DNA of 64,000 bases from Octopus sinensis (Eukaryota). The notes beneath the pieces are model-generated. The model was not told the DNA's origin. It made no database searches and worked only from the letters and a program-made list of their open reading frames with translations. A program made the position numbers and the translations under genes. Location of the stretch: NCBI RefSeq assembly GCF_006345805.1, contig NC_043010.1, positions 46,872,001 through 46,936,000 of the forward strand. The letters are read 5' to 3'. Below, piece by piece: positions 37,269-49,330 of the stretch. The first letter of the stretch is position 1, and each line of letters begins with the position of its first letter.

Positions 37269-39859
37269 GAAAAATAATATACGTGTAACATGATTGAGGA
37301 TTGCAGCTAAACACAAATAAATGCAGATATAAGGATTTCATGGACAAAGCAGATATAACTGAAAAAGGCAGACAAATGTGACAACAGACCTTGACATTCA
37401 TGAATAAGTCAATAATAATGATGATCACCATCACTACTACCACCACCATCATGCATCTGTTTTCTATGCTAGCATGGGTAACATGGTTTAATTGGAGCTG
37501 GCAAGCTGTAGAGCTACACAGGGTTCCAGTCCACTTTGGTTTCTACAGATGGATGCCCTTCTTAACGTCAACCACCCCACAGAGTGTACTGGGGGATCCT
37601 CTTACGGGTTACCAGCACGGGTGCCTTTTATGTGTCACTGATAATAATAATTCTTTCTACTATAAGCACAAGGTATGAATTTGGTGGGAGGAGGCTAGTC
37701 AATTAAATCAACCCCAGTGCTCAACTGGTACTTATTTTATGAAGCCCAAAAGGATGAAAGGCAAAGTTGACCTTGGCAACATTTGAGCGTAAAGCTGAAA
37801 AGCCACTGAGCACATTTTCCAATCTTCAAACAATTCTGTCGGCTGACTGTCTTCATAATGAAGACAATCATTGGTATGCTGAACAAAATACTTAACAGCT
37901 TTTCTTCTGGCTTTACATCCTGAGTTCAAATTCTGTCATGGTCAACTTTGCATTCCATCCTTTCAAGGAGGTCAATAAAATAAGTACCAATTGAGAGTAC
38001 TGTGGTCAATGTAATTGACTAGTCCCATCATCCAAAATCTCAGGCCTTGTGCCTATAGCAGCAAAGGGAGTTGGGAGAAACTATCATAGGTACAAGACCA
38101 CACATTGCCATTGTATTTATGTGAGGAGAGGGCGATGTTGTCAATCAAATCGATTTGAATACTTAATGTCCCACCTCCATTCCACCCATAAGGATGGAAG
38201 GTAAAATTGACTTTGGTAAGAATTTAACTCGGAATGTAGAGACCCTTTACATTATGAGGTCAAGTCCTATCAAGGTTAACCATACCTTTCATCCTTCTCA
38301 GGTCAATAAATAAAGTGCTGGTTTAACTATTGGAGTAGAGTTAAGTGACTGGAGTTGGTGATTTCCAGGTTTCTTAGAGCACGACACTATAAGTGAAAAT
38401 TCCAAGTAAATCTTCTTAGTGTTTCATATGCTTTAACTCTTTAACATTCAGATTACTGTCAAATGTAATACTTGCTTATTCACATTGTTTCAAATTAACC
38501 CTTTAGTAATCAAACCGGCCATACCCAAGCCAAATATTTTCTGTTCAAACTAGCCAGATCTAGTTTCTCACATTGTCTTTCTAAAATTAAACAATCATAT
38601 TGGTTTCACATTTTGGCATAAGGCCAGTAATTTCGAGTGCTCTACTTATTTTATCAACCCCAAGAGGATGGAAGGCAAAGTTGACCTTGGTGGAATATAA
38701 ACTCAGAATGTAAAAACACACAAAAATTAAATAATCATATTGAAATCTCAAAGCTATAAGATAATTCAAGACTAATTCAAAACAATGTGAATAAAGGGTT
38801 AATCATGCATTATCTCATAGCTTCAAGATTTCAATGATGTAACTGCTTATTTTTAGAATGACATTGTAGGAAAGGTATGACAGGCTAGATCTGGTCAGTT
38901 TGTACAAAATACAGGTAGAATATTTGGATCAGATATGGCTGATTTAAATGCTGAAGAGTTAATGGTGTATGAGGTTATGAAACCCAACAATTACAGAATG
39001 TCTGTAAGGAGCAGCAGTAACATGAAGTATTATTAGCTTTGAAAGACATTAGGTCTGGTGCAATAGAACAGAGATGCAAGGTCACCATTTTGAGGACAGG
39101 GCTCAATTGATTATATTGAGTATATATTTTATGAACTTCTGCAGAATTTGAAATCAGAATGCAAAAAGACAACTAAATTCAGCAGAACAATTCATCCATC
39201 TCTCTACTAATTCTGCTATTCTCTATTTCTAGGAATTTCTAACTAAAATGCAAAACCTGAAATTGATCCTAGTACTTGACTTGTACTCTATTTAGTTGAC
39301 CTCAGAAAGATGAAAACTCGGTTTTATTCAGAAGTGATTGCAATAAAGACCACCACTCTGATTTGATAGGATCATCAGATTCTATCATGCTCTAGTATCT
39401 CCTTTAACATAGTTTCTTTGACTAGGTGCCCTTCCTACCTTCCAAATGCCAACAACTTTACAGCAGGTACTGGGTGCCTGTTTTGTGCTACCAACAGTTT
39501 TAGTGGCAGTTTTATGCTTGGAGAGGTAAACATGAGAGAAGGGGCCAGAGCAGAATAGGATTCTTACTGTTAAGGAGCTACATGACTACTCACATTTTGA
39601 AGGAGAAAGAGAGTGTGAGTGACTGGGTGGAATTGGAAAGCAGTAAAAATAGTGATGAGATAACAGAGAGGACCTTCAATGTAGAAAGTGGATAGAAATG
39701 AATGAGGTAGACAGACCATGGGTATATGTGAGTAAAAGTTGCAAGAGAATATGGGAAGGTGAGACAAGGAATGGTGAGAAAAGGGGTGGTAGGCAACCTC
39801 AACAATGCAAAAAAGGTGAAGTGGAGGAGTAGGGGATGACTGATTGCAGAACAAGCAAT

Positions 39860-40705
39860 CATCATCATTGTTTAACGCCCGCTTTCCATGCTAGCATGGG
39901 TTGGACGATTTGACAGATCTGGCAAACCAGATGGCTGCACCAGGCCCCAATCTGATCTGGCAGAGGTTGTACAGCTAGATGCCCTTCCTAATTCCAACCA
40001 CTCCGACAGTGTAGAGGGTGCTTTTATGTGCCACCAGCACAAGAGCCGGTCATGCAGTACATGCAACGGCCACGCTCAAATGGTGCTTTTTATGTGCCAC
40101 CTGCAAAGGAGCCAGTCCTGCGGAACTGGCAACGACCTTGCTCGAATGGTGCTTTTTACGTGCCACTGGCACGCAAGCCAGTTTGTTGCTCTGGCAACGA
40201 TCATGCTCGGATGGTACTCTTAGTGCTCCATTGGCACGGATGCCAGTCATTGAATTTGATTTCGACTTCACTTGCCTCAACAGGTCTTTGCAAGCAAAGT
40301 TTAGTGTCCAATGAAGGAAAGGTACACATAAGTGGGCTGGTTACACCCCTGGCATATGCCACGAAGTTATGGTCTCACTTTGCTTGCCGAGTCTTCTCAA
40401 GCACAGCATATTTCCAAAGGTCCCAGTCATTAGCCATTGCCTCGGTGAAGCCCAATGTTTGAAGGTCATGCTTCACCACCTCATCCGAGGTCTTCCTGGG
40501 TATACCCCTTCCACAGGTTCCCTCAACCGCTAGGGTGTGGCACTTTTTCACATAGCTATCCACATCCGTTCTCGCTACATGGCCATGCCAGCACAGTCGT
40601 CTCTCTTGCACACCACATCTGATGCTTCTTAGGTCCAACTTTTCTCTCAAGTTACTTACACTGTCGAGTATGCACACTGACATTACATATCCATCAGAGC
40701 ATACT
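39860..40705 (-). mobile_element. 5'-truncated RTE LINE (RT C-terminus plus 3' UTR array)
   Basis: ORF 40375..40683: ERRLCWHGHVART…EGTCGRGIPRKTSDEVVKHDLQTLG…EKTRQAK. Confidence 0.88.
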
Positions 40706-41649
40706 GGCGATCTTACCTCATATAACCCCTCATAACTTTTTTATTTTTTGGAATTTTCAGAAAAATTTTGCTAATGTCCATATTTTAAAACTGCAATTTA
40801 AAAAAAAAAATTGAGAAAGAATGGAAATTAAGCATGTGCTAAAACCCCTAATAACCTTTTTATTTTTACGAATTTTTACAAAATTTTTCCGATTCTGTCT
40901 TCTGCATAATGGAATTGATATGATTATGCAAAAAAATTTTTTGGGACCCCACCCTCAAAATTGAAGTGTAGAGGGTGCTAATGCAGTTTTGCACCTCTCC
41001 TTGAAAAATGCATTTTTGTGGGAAATTTTTTTCTGATTCCTACGTTTTAGATGTCGGAGATTACGAATATCCCTGTCCATTTATTCATAAAATATATTTG
41101 CCAACTAAATGTTGCGGTCCTTTAGAAGAGTGTTACTGTTGTTTTGAGCCCAGTAAGACATTCATATCTATCTATCTCTTTATACACATATCTATATGCT
41201 TATGCTTATTGAATTTAAAATTTTGAAAACGTGGTTTCTTGCATATTCGGAATCTCCCAAGGAGAGGCGCGAAACTGCATTAACCCCATTTTTTTCCCCC
41301 AGATAGTCCGAATCTACCAATTGTTTCTCTTTATAATTTCCAAATAATTTTTTTAATGCATTTATGGAAAACAGTCAATTGGCGGTCTTCATACTTTTTC
41401 ACATAATTCCGGACTTTATATGTGAAATGCCAGTGACATGCTGCATGTCCATCAACAACATTAACAGACAACCGTGCAATGGTACATCTAGTCCAAGTAG
41501 ACGAAAGCTTTTCTTTTTAAGGGGAAAAAAATGAAGTTGGAAGAATGGTGAAGAAGTTTTGGATACTTGTGATCGTCGTAACCGTTTTTTCATGTTGGGT
41601 ACATGCGTGTATAAAGATAAATTAAAACAATATGAATACACCCACTTAA

Positions 41650-41682
<33 letters not shown>

Positions 41683-42133
41683 CAAAGTCTAATGGTGTGA
41701 ATTTTCTAAAACTCCTTTAGGGACAAGCAGTTTTCGCAATGAGTTCCAATTTAATCGGAATCTACACGATCTGAAGCATATCTGCAGAAAATTTCACCAA
41801 GAAATATTTAATTCTCTCAAGGTTATGAAGAAGCACATCTTTGCAGCACAATTGTGTAGATATGCCGAAATATCGGTCAATATAAAGATCCTCGCCCGGG
41901 AACAAATAAAAAAAAACAAAAAAAAAAAATCAGCCGGGGGGGGGGGCTAACAAGTGTGTGGAAATCGAATGTGAAAAAAAACAAAATGCGCGCTGACGAC
42001 CCTGGGGTGGGGAGGGGACTTTCGGAAAATTCACAAGATCCGATTTTTCCGTCATAAATTCGGGTAAAATGGATATATATTGCTTTTTTTTTTTTACGGA
42101 ATCCCATGTTTTTGGTTCTAGAACCGTAAGATC

Positions 42134-42136
<3 letters not shown>
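40706..42136 (+). mobile_element. Probable Merlin (IS1595/ISXO2-like) DNA transposon relic
   Basis: Inverted termini GGCGATCTTAC/GTAAGATCGCC; relic peptide KTVNW…LVQVDESF..GEKNEVGRMVKKFWIL (VQVDES at 41491-41508); no TSD seen. Confidence 0.55.
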
Positions 42137-42167
<31 letters not shown>

Positions 42168-42394
42168 AATATCTTGACTATTGAGTAATTGTACATATAA
42201 TAATTATATACCAATATGGGATCTTTATGTATATAAAACTAACTCTGTAAAAATGTATGTGTGTGTGTATATATTTATATAATCGCCGTCAGTCATAATA
42301 AGAGATCTCCCCAAAATCTATTTCCTTAATTTTTAACTACTGTTTCTGGCACACATATTTACGCAATTTTGATTTGGAAGTATTTAAAAAATTA

Positions 42395-42580
42395 GATAGA
42401 AATTATAAAGAGAAACGAATGGTAGATTCGCACTGTCCGTATTTTAAAACCGCAAATGAAAAAAAGAAAATTTTTTTTTTTTTTTTGCATAATCGTATCA
42501 ATTCCATTATGCAGAAGAAAGAATCGAAAAAATTTTGTAAAAATTATTAAAAATAAAAAAGTTAAGAGGAGTTTTAGGAC
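42395..42580 (-). repeat. Inverted partial copy of Merlin-like internal/subterminal sequence
   Basis: 42400-42440 is the reverse complement of ~41300-41340; 42475-42580 is the reverse complement of ~40845-40940. Confidence 0.75.
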
Positions 42581-43429
42581 GTGACTACATCATAATTCCT
42601 CCCAGCTGTCAAATACTTTTATTTTTAGCAGTTTTAAACGCAGACGGCAATTCTGCAAAATAAGATTTTTCAAAAATGCAACTTATCGTTATCAGTGTTT
42701 CTTCCAAAAAATCCTCTCTTTTAAACGTACCGAATTACGATTATGTAAAAATGTCAGAAATTCATTTAATTCTATCCTCCCACTTTGTCTATTTCAGAGG
42801 ATGCAACAGGTCATAACCTTATTTCGCATTATTCCAGTTTGTATTGTAATGTATTTAATTATGTGACTCGGATCTTCAAAGAATATTTTTAACAATTCCA
42901 CATTCGCAACCGTTTATTCTGAGACACCAAAGTTTAGTTTTGTTTGTTTTTCACATTGTAAAATTGTTTTGTCTCTAACATTAACATAATGTTATTGGAA
43001 ATGTATTCAAAATAATTTTATACACATCAATAAATTTAAATTCGTCAAAAACAATTATACTTAGTAAACAGATATGCTAAAAGCAACAGCTAAATCGCCC
43101 TTAAATTGCACACAATTTTTTTTTTTTTTTTTGCGTAATCGTATGAATGAATTTCCGTATCTAGAACACAAATTCACAAAACTTTTTTTAAAATTCCCAA
43201 AAAGTAAAAAGTTATGAGAAGTTATATGGGATGCTGAAACCACAATCTCGTCCAGATGTTTTCTTAAAAATTTGGACACTTTTTCGTTTAAACGTGACAG
43301 CACACTTTTCGCTTCAAGTGTGACAGCTTTGACAGAGGGGAGCCTAATAGTTACTTAATTGAATTCATGTGGTGATATCAATTTAATGATGGTCTGTTCC
43401 AGAATCTTTTGATTGATGTGAATCATTTT

Positions 43430-45530
43430 GGGCGATCTTTCGTCTCTAGTAGACCTTTCCGTCAATTTCCGTACTAGAGACGAAAGATTGCCATATATAT
43501 ATAACTCAAAGCAGTATTAGTAAAATTAATTTTTTTTCTTTGACAGTTCCTCACTAAATGACGCGACAGCTAAAATATACTTAATAAGAAATGAATATGA
43601 AAACAAAATTAGATCGCCTATATATATAATAGCAATTTAATAAATAAAACATATGCATGCATATATGTACATACCTACCATCTATATGTAGGTACTAACG
43701 AAAAAAACAAACAATACAAGGAATATTCCCCTTCATCAGCTGCCCCTGTTTAGAAGGTAAGGTCAATATATATAACGTGAGGCTTACCTATCAATTCTCC
43801 TGGGGAAAAAAAAAGAAGCCAAATATAACAAGTCCTGAACAAGAAATGTGCAATTTGAAGGAAACGTAAAATCAAAATTTCCCGCTACAGGAAACAACTG
43901 TCACTAGCGACACACTATGATAGAAGACATCGTAAGGGGGAGTAACCTATTATAAGCCGTTACGTTTCAACGGAAATTGCCGAAATGTTTCATTGTACAA
44001 CGTTACACCGAATTGCTACAAAATCGATCGGAGTTCGACTGACGTTTTTTTGTCTACAACGGTTTTCGAGAGATAAATTTTACTCAAATATGGTAAAAAA
44101 AATCAGTATATTCACATCTTTTTTTTTTTTCAACTTTTCACTTCTCTCAATATTTAATCATTGAAAATGAAAGTCTAGGTGTTATTATTAATTACATAAT
44201 ATCTGTTTAACATGGTTGCCCCCGTCCTTTACCACGTGCTGATTACTACAATAATAAAATCTGTAAATAGGTAATGGTGATACATGAGAGGAAATTTTGA
44301 TGTGCTGATTATACGTCTGAGTTTAGATTTTAAGTTTCAGTTTTCATTTCTTGTTTAAGGATTCACGTTCTGCAGGTTCCCCAACAAACTATTCGTTATA
44401 ATTTCCTCTATCTGCTTTTTACCTTGCCAGAGATGCAGCACGAACTCACGACACTCTAGTTGAGAGATTGATACCTTATTCGCTCTGCCATTGCATCTCT
44501 AAACGATTTGAATATGTAACAACATATTGTTTCTTGCTGTTATAATATTTTAAATAGCAAATACTAAATATACTATTTTTCTTGCACAAATAAATATGCC
44601 ATCATAATTGATGACTAATTTATATAGCAAGTAATTGCTTTTTGTCGATGGCCAGAATAGTGCTGCGCAATGGTGTTGATTATACAACGACATTGCACAT
44701 AATAAATATCCGGTCTATTAAAAAAAAAATACTTCCAATTTTTTGTGCTTGAGGCAAGGCAATAACAATAAATGAATTGAGCATATGCAAAGATCTGCAG
44801 CTGTAGAAATGGATATTACAGGTCGAGATTTCTGTAATCAAGAATTATGTTCAAGAATATTTGAATTAAATTTCGCATAAAATAGAATCTTAACTGTTTT
44901 ATAATATCAACTCTTTCTTATGTGGCTTGTATTATTTACTCTCAAGAAGAAGAAAAAAATATAAAACAAGCTGTTACAGAGTGAAATTGTTTACAATAAT
45001 GTTGACAGTTCCTTCATCAAAACATCTCGCGTGATAGAACATTCGTTTTGATCACATGAAAAGTTTGATAGGTACTTAATCGATACATATATTGTATTCC
45101 ATAAATTATTTGATCGGAATAACGGCTTAAAAAAACAGCCAAGGTGGATATAGATTTTTATTTTATTTTATTATATTTTATAAGTTACGGCAATCTTTCG
45201 TTTGCCTAAGTTACTAATAGTTTATGTCAATAATTTCAAAGACATTTTTGAGCGAAGCATTATCAAAACATTGCCGAACAGGGGAAAAACCCTGAAGTAT
45301 CGCCGACAGTGGACTTTCTGTTCCTGCCTGAGACGTTTGGAGGGACTGGGTCACTAACAGCGAAGTTATTGTCATCATTAGCAGCTCGCCTCACCGAGGT
45401 ATCCGTGAGGGTGCTTGGCTTTTCCACGCCTCAGCCTCGCCAACGCCCATGGTAATGCGAGCGTGCTGGCCTGCTTCAGTGGGTACAGTTGAATCTTGTG
45501 GTGTGCGGCCAACTGAAACACTTGGTGCTG
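43430..45530. promoter_or_regulatory. Probable promoter / 5' region of the HAUS8-like gene
   Basis: CpG-retaining, SINE-free stretch upstream of the ATG exon; minus-strand donor TAG|gtaag at 43788; TCTCGCGTGA motif near 45025. Confidence 0.35.
43431..43492. repeat. 62-nt hairpin: 21-bp stem, 20-nt loop
   Basis: GGCGATCTTTCGTCTCTAGTA / TACTAGAGACGAAAGATTGCC, one G-U pair. Confidence 0.9.
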
Positions 45531-46605
45531 CATTGTTGTTGTTGTTGTTTTTTTTCATTCTCTCCCCCTCCCCCTCTTTTTCTTGTTATTCTTTTGTAAA
45601 ATACATTCCTGCTCATATTTTGAATAAATTGAACAACTAATGCTTATTTCATTGACCAGAAAAAAAAGAAAAAAAACACAACTCGTCTAATATCCGAAAA
45701 TATTTCGAAAGATAATTCATAAGATTGTTTTGAAGTTACCGGTGAATGACAAGAATATGTGCTTTAAAGTAAAGTGGCCCCTTCTAAATATTATCTACAA
45801 CTATTACAGAAAATCTCTGAATAGTCACGTGCAAGTTTTTGTGTTATGTATGTATTTATGTATGTTTAATAACAAAATTTGATTTCAACTTTTTTTTTTC
45901 GTATAATTCTCTAAAGGATGAATGTATTAAGGAAAGATATTTAAGGTAAACAACAGATGTATGCAAACTTTTGAAACTATATATACCGTAAAAGGTACCT
46001 TTAGAAAGTTAAATGCCTTATCTTTTTATGTCAATTTAGTAAACTGATAGTCTTTATCTGGAAACCAAAATGAAAGTAAAATATTCTAGTCTTATGTACG
46101 TAAATATTTATTTCATTGTTTTAGTAATTAGATTGCGACTATGTTGGATCTACCCTAGTAACTTAACCTGGTTCCCGTTTTTAACGATTTCTTTACTGAC
46201 TGGTTGAGTTTAACTATTAAGTTACTTTTAGAGAGTTATCTCCCTTCAGTGGCGTAACCCCTTTACTGTATTTGCGCCTGCATCTCCCCCCCCCCCATTG
46301 TGTACACATATATGCACACACTATACACGGAGGGCTTCCACACAGTTTTCATCCACCAAATTTCACTCGCAATACATTAGCGAACCCAAAACTATGTTAG
46401 AAGACACAAAGTGCTGTGCTGGGAGAGCGAACCCTTATCAAATAGCCGTGCTTTTAGAGAATGTTAGATATAGGCTTGACAGTATCTGGTGGATATTGAC
46501 AAATATTTATGTTGATAGATTTATTTTATTACTTGATGATATCTTGAAACTACATACTCGAAAATTCTAGTCTGTTGATTCACATCGCTACATTGTAGTC
46601 ATCAT

Positions 46606-47062
46606 CATCATCGTTTAACGTCCGCTTTCCATACTAGCATGGGTTGGACGGTTCAACTGGGGTCTGGGAAGCCCGAAGGCTGCACCAGGCCAGTCAGATC
46701 TGGCAGTGTTTCTACAGCTGGATGCCCTTCCTAACGCCAACCACTCCAAGAGTGTAGTGGGTTATTTTATGTGCCACCGACACAGGTGCCATAGTATCGT
46801 TATCATTTTATATCTACTTTCCATATTTGCATGGGTTGGATAGCTCAGTGTAATCCAAGACAGTTTTTATTTGGCATTAGTGCCATGTTAAAAGCACCCA
46901 GCATACATAGTAAAGTGGTTGATGTTAGGAAGGGCATCCAGCTGTAGGAGCCGAAACCAAATCAGACTGGAACTTGGTGCACCTCTCCTGCTTGTCAGCT
47001 TTGGTCAAACCGTCCAATCCATGCCTGTATGGAGAAAAGACGTTAAAGGATGATGATGATGT
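46606..47062. mobile_element. Two RTE 3' ends in opposite orientation (46606-46790 minus, ~46890-47062 plus)
   Basis: Family core and (GAT)n tails pointing outwards. Confidence 0.75.
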
Positions 47063-47126
47063 GATGGCAGTTTTTTCGTATCTGAAGATCATGAAAAAAA
47101 AAAGGGGGCATGCCCTCAAGTGATTA

Positions 47127-47688
47127 CAAGGGGATGCTGAAAAGTTCTAGCCTTGGGTAAAAAAACAAAATATAGGAGGATCAGTTAATTATGATCTTAT
47201 TCAAGATATTCCCCCTCTGAGATTCACATTTTAATGTGCTGATTGTATACTGAGTTTAGATTTTAAGTTCTGCACAATGTTATTGATATGCAATGACATT
47301 GCACATAATAGATATCCAGTTTATTAAAAAAACTCTACTTGTTCCAATTTTTAGTGCATAAACTAAGGTGATAACATTAAATGAATTGAGGATTTATAAA
47401 GATCTGCTGCTTTAGAAGTGGGTAAAACTTGATATTACAGCCCAGGAAATCTGTAATTAAAAATTATGTTCAAGAATATTTAAATTAAACTTCACATAAA
47501 ATGGAATCATAATTGTTTCGTAATATCAACACTTTCTTAATCTTTTGTAATATCAACTCCCAAATTCACGCATTTATTGTAGAAGTCCTTCAGTTTTTCT
47601 AAGCTTTGTAAAAGAACTGGGAAGGTTGGACCTCCAACCAGGCCTTTCGCAATACCCTTAAAGCCAGGAAGTTCTCAGCAACCCCTCA
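47127..47688. mobile_element. Mariner-type MITE with an internal insertion
   Basis: TA|CAAGGGGATGCTGAAAAGTTC…GAAGTTCTCAGCAACCCCTCA|TA; 47228-47570 is a repeat also present at ~44296-44340 and 44664-44920. Confidence 0.6.
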
Positions 47689-49039
47689 TATATAAACCAA
47701 TCCTTGATGTTGCAGGGTTTTTCCTTCTTGCCTGCCCTTAGTAGTTTTAAAGTGGGAGTCAGTTCATGCAATCTAATTTCACTCTTTAGACTTGGAGGTC
47801 TGACCACAGTTGCTCAGTGGACTAAGACAGCTGTGGTAACCTGCAAGTTGTAGGTTTCACATTGGAGTGACTTTCTCCTAGTTGAATTGTCTTACAGGGC
47901 TGGAGAACTCCACCTGCCCTGGAGTTGCCAGAAGGGTATCAAAGATGTTAACAAACTGCCTGAGGGACTCCACACCCTGATTTGCTGCTGTGGTTGACTC
48001 CCCTAGCCTTTCATTTCCCAAGGCTGTGAGGGTTTATGTTTGGAATTTCTTCCATAACATGCTAACTAACCCATAACTGGAAACCTGATATTTGCTGCTA
48101 TTCTGGGTCAGAGTAGACCTGGGAACAATAGTGGCTGAGGGGTGGTTCCACATTCCTCAAAACCTTGGAACTCTCAAACCAGGGTCCCACTACTGGATGC
48201 AATTTAAAATCATATTTGTTACTACCCTCTTAAATGGGTCAGAAGGATATGTCTCACTTGAGCATTTCATTTCTCACTTGTTTTCTATGATTGAATTCCT
48301 TTCCTGTCACTGGGTACATTTTATCATGGCATTAGCATGAGTAAGGTTGCCTTCTACCACACAAAACAAAAGAGACCTCCCTACTTGGTGATGTGTCTGT
48401 TCACTGAAAGCAAAGGGGCCAAGATGGGGGATAGTAGTTAGGGCAATAATATAAGGAAAACCAGGATGAGTGAGTGAAGGAACAGCAGTATAATGGTAGA
48501 AACAATGGGATAATGATGCATGAAGATGAACGTTGGTAAAAGAAAGTTTAAAATCAATAATAAGTGATCTAAGAAATGGGAATGATGACGGGTACTACAG
48601 AAAGACTGATGATAGTGAATTGAGTACAAATGGATCTGAAAGCAATGCATAGGCCTAGTGATAGACAAAAGAGTGACAAGGTTGATGGTAATAGTAGTAG
48701 TATGGGGGCATGTCCTATAACAATGCGTTGGTGCTTCCCTACTCCTGGTAGATGGCACTTTTGCACCCTTCCAACCCTCCAACACTTGGGTCTGTTTGCG
48801 TAGTTGTTGGTGAGGGTTTTACTTGGTCAGGATGCAAAACCTACTTTAACCTCTTTTAGTTATCTTTTACAACATGCAGAGGAAACGTTGGGTCTATTCT
48901 TTGACATATCATCTCTACACAGTTGACGAGAGGGTTTAGGCGGAAAACAGATTTAACAGACACACACAGGACTGATATGTAGGTGTACTTCCCAGCCTTC
49001 TTCATTTTCATTTCATTTCATTTGAGTTTGAGTCCATGC

Positions 49040-49330
49040 TCAGGCCAAGTCGAAGACTCCACCCTCAGAGTCTGGTGTGGTTGCCAGGTTGTATTCTCTG
49101 TTTAATTTTGACATGTGTAGGAGCGAGTTTGAGTCAGTTTGTGCTCGTTGTGTATATCCTGGGAGATGGGGTTCATCTCTAATGGTGCTTAAGTATCTAT
49201 CCAGCTGCAATTTGAATGATTCCACACTGCATCCTGATAGATTTCTGACATGTACCAGAATGGAGTTGAATAGTTGTGCTCCTCGAACCAACAGACTTGA
49301 CTCTCGCATTACCAACATTACCAACATTTT
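49040..49330 (-). mobile_element. CR1/L2-group non-LTR retrotransposon 3' end
   Basis: SLLVRGAQLFNSILVHVRNLSGCSVESFKLQLDRYLSTIRDEPHLPGY…SNSLLHM. Confidence 0.7.

Noticed and set aside
43061-43303. 80-aa minus ORF as the HAUS8 first exon
   Set aside because: It runs through a poly-A tract, has no good donor in frame, and a better ATG exon exists at 36771-36852.
45270-45530. RNase P/MRP or U3-like RNA (CAGCGAAGT, GGAAAAACCCTG words)
   Set aside because: No CR-V/P4 pairing or correct box order; only short chance matches.
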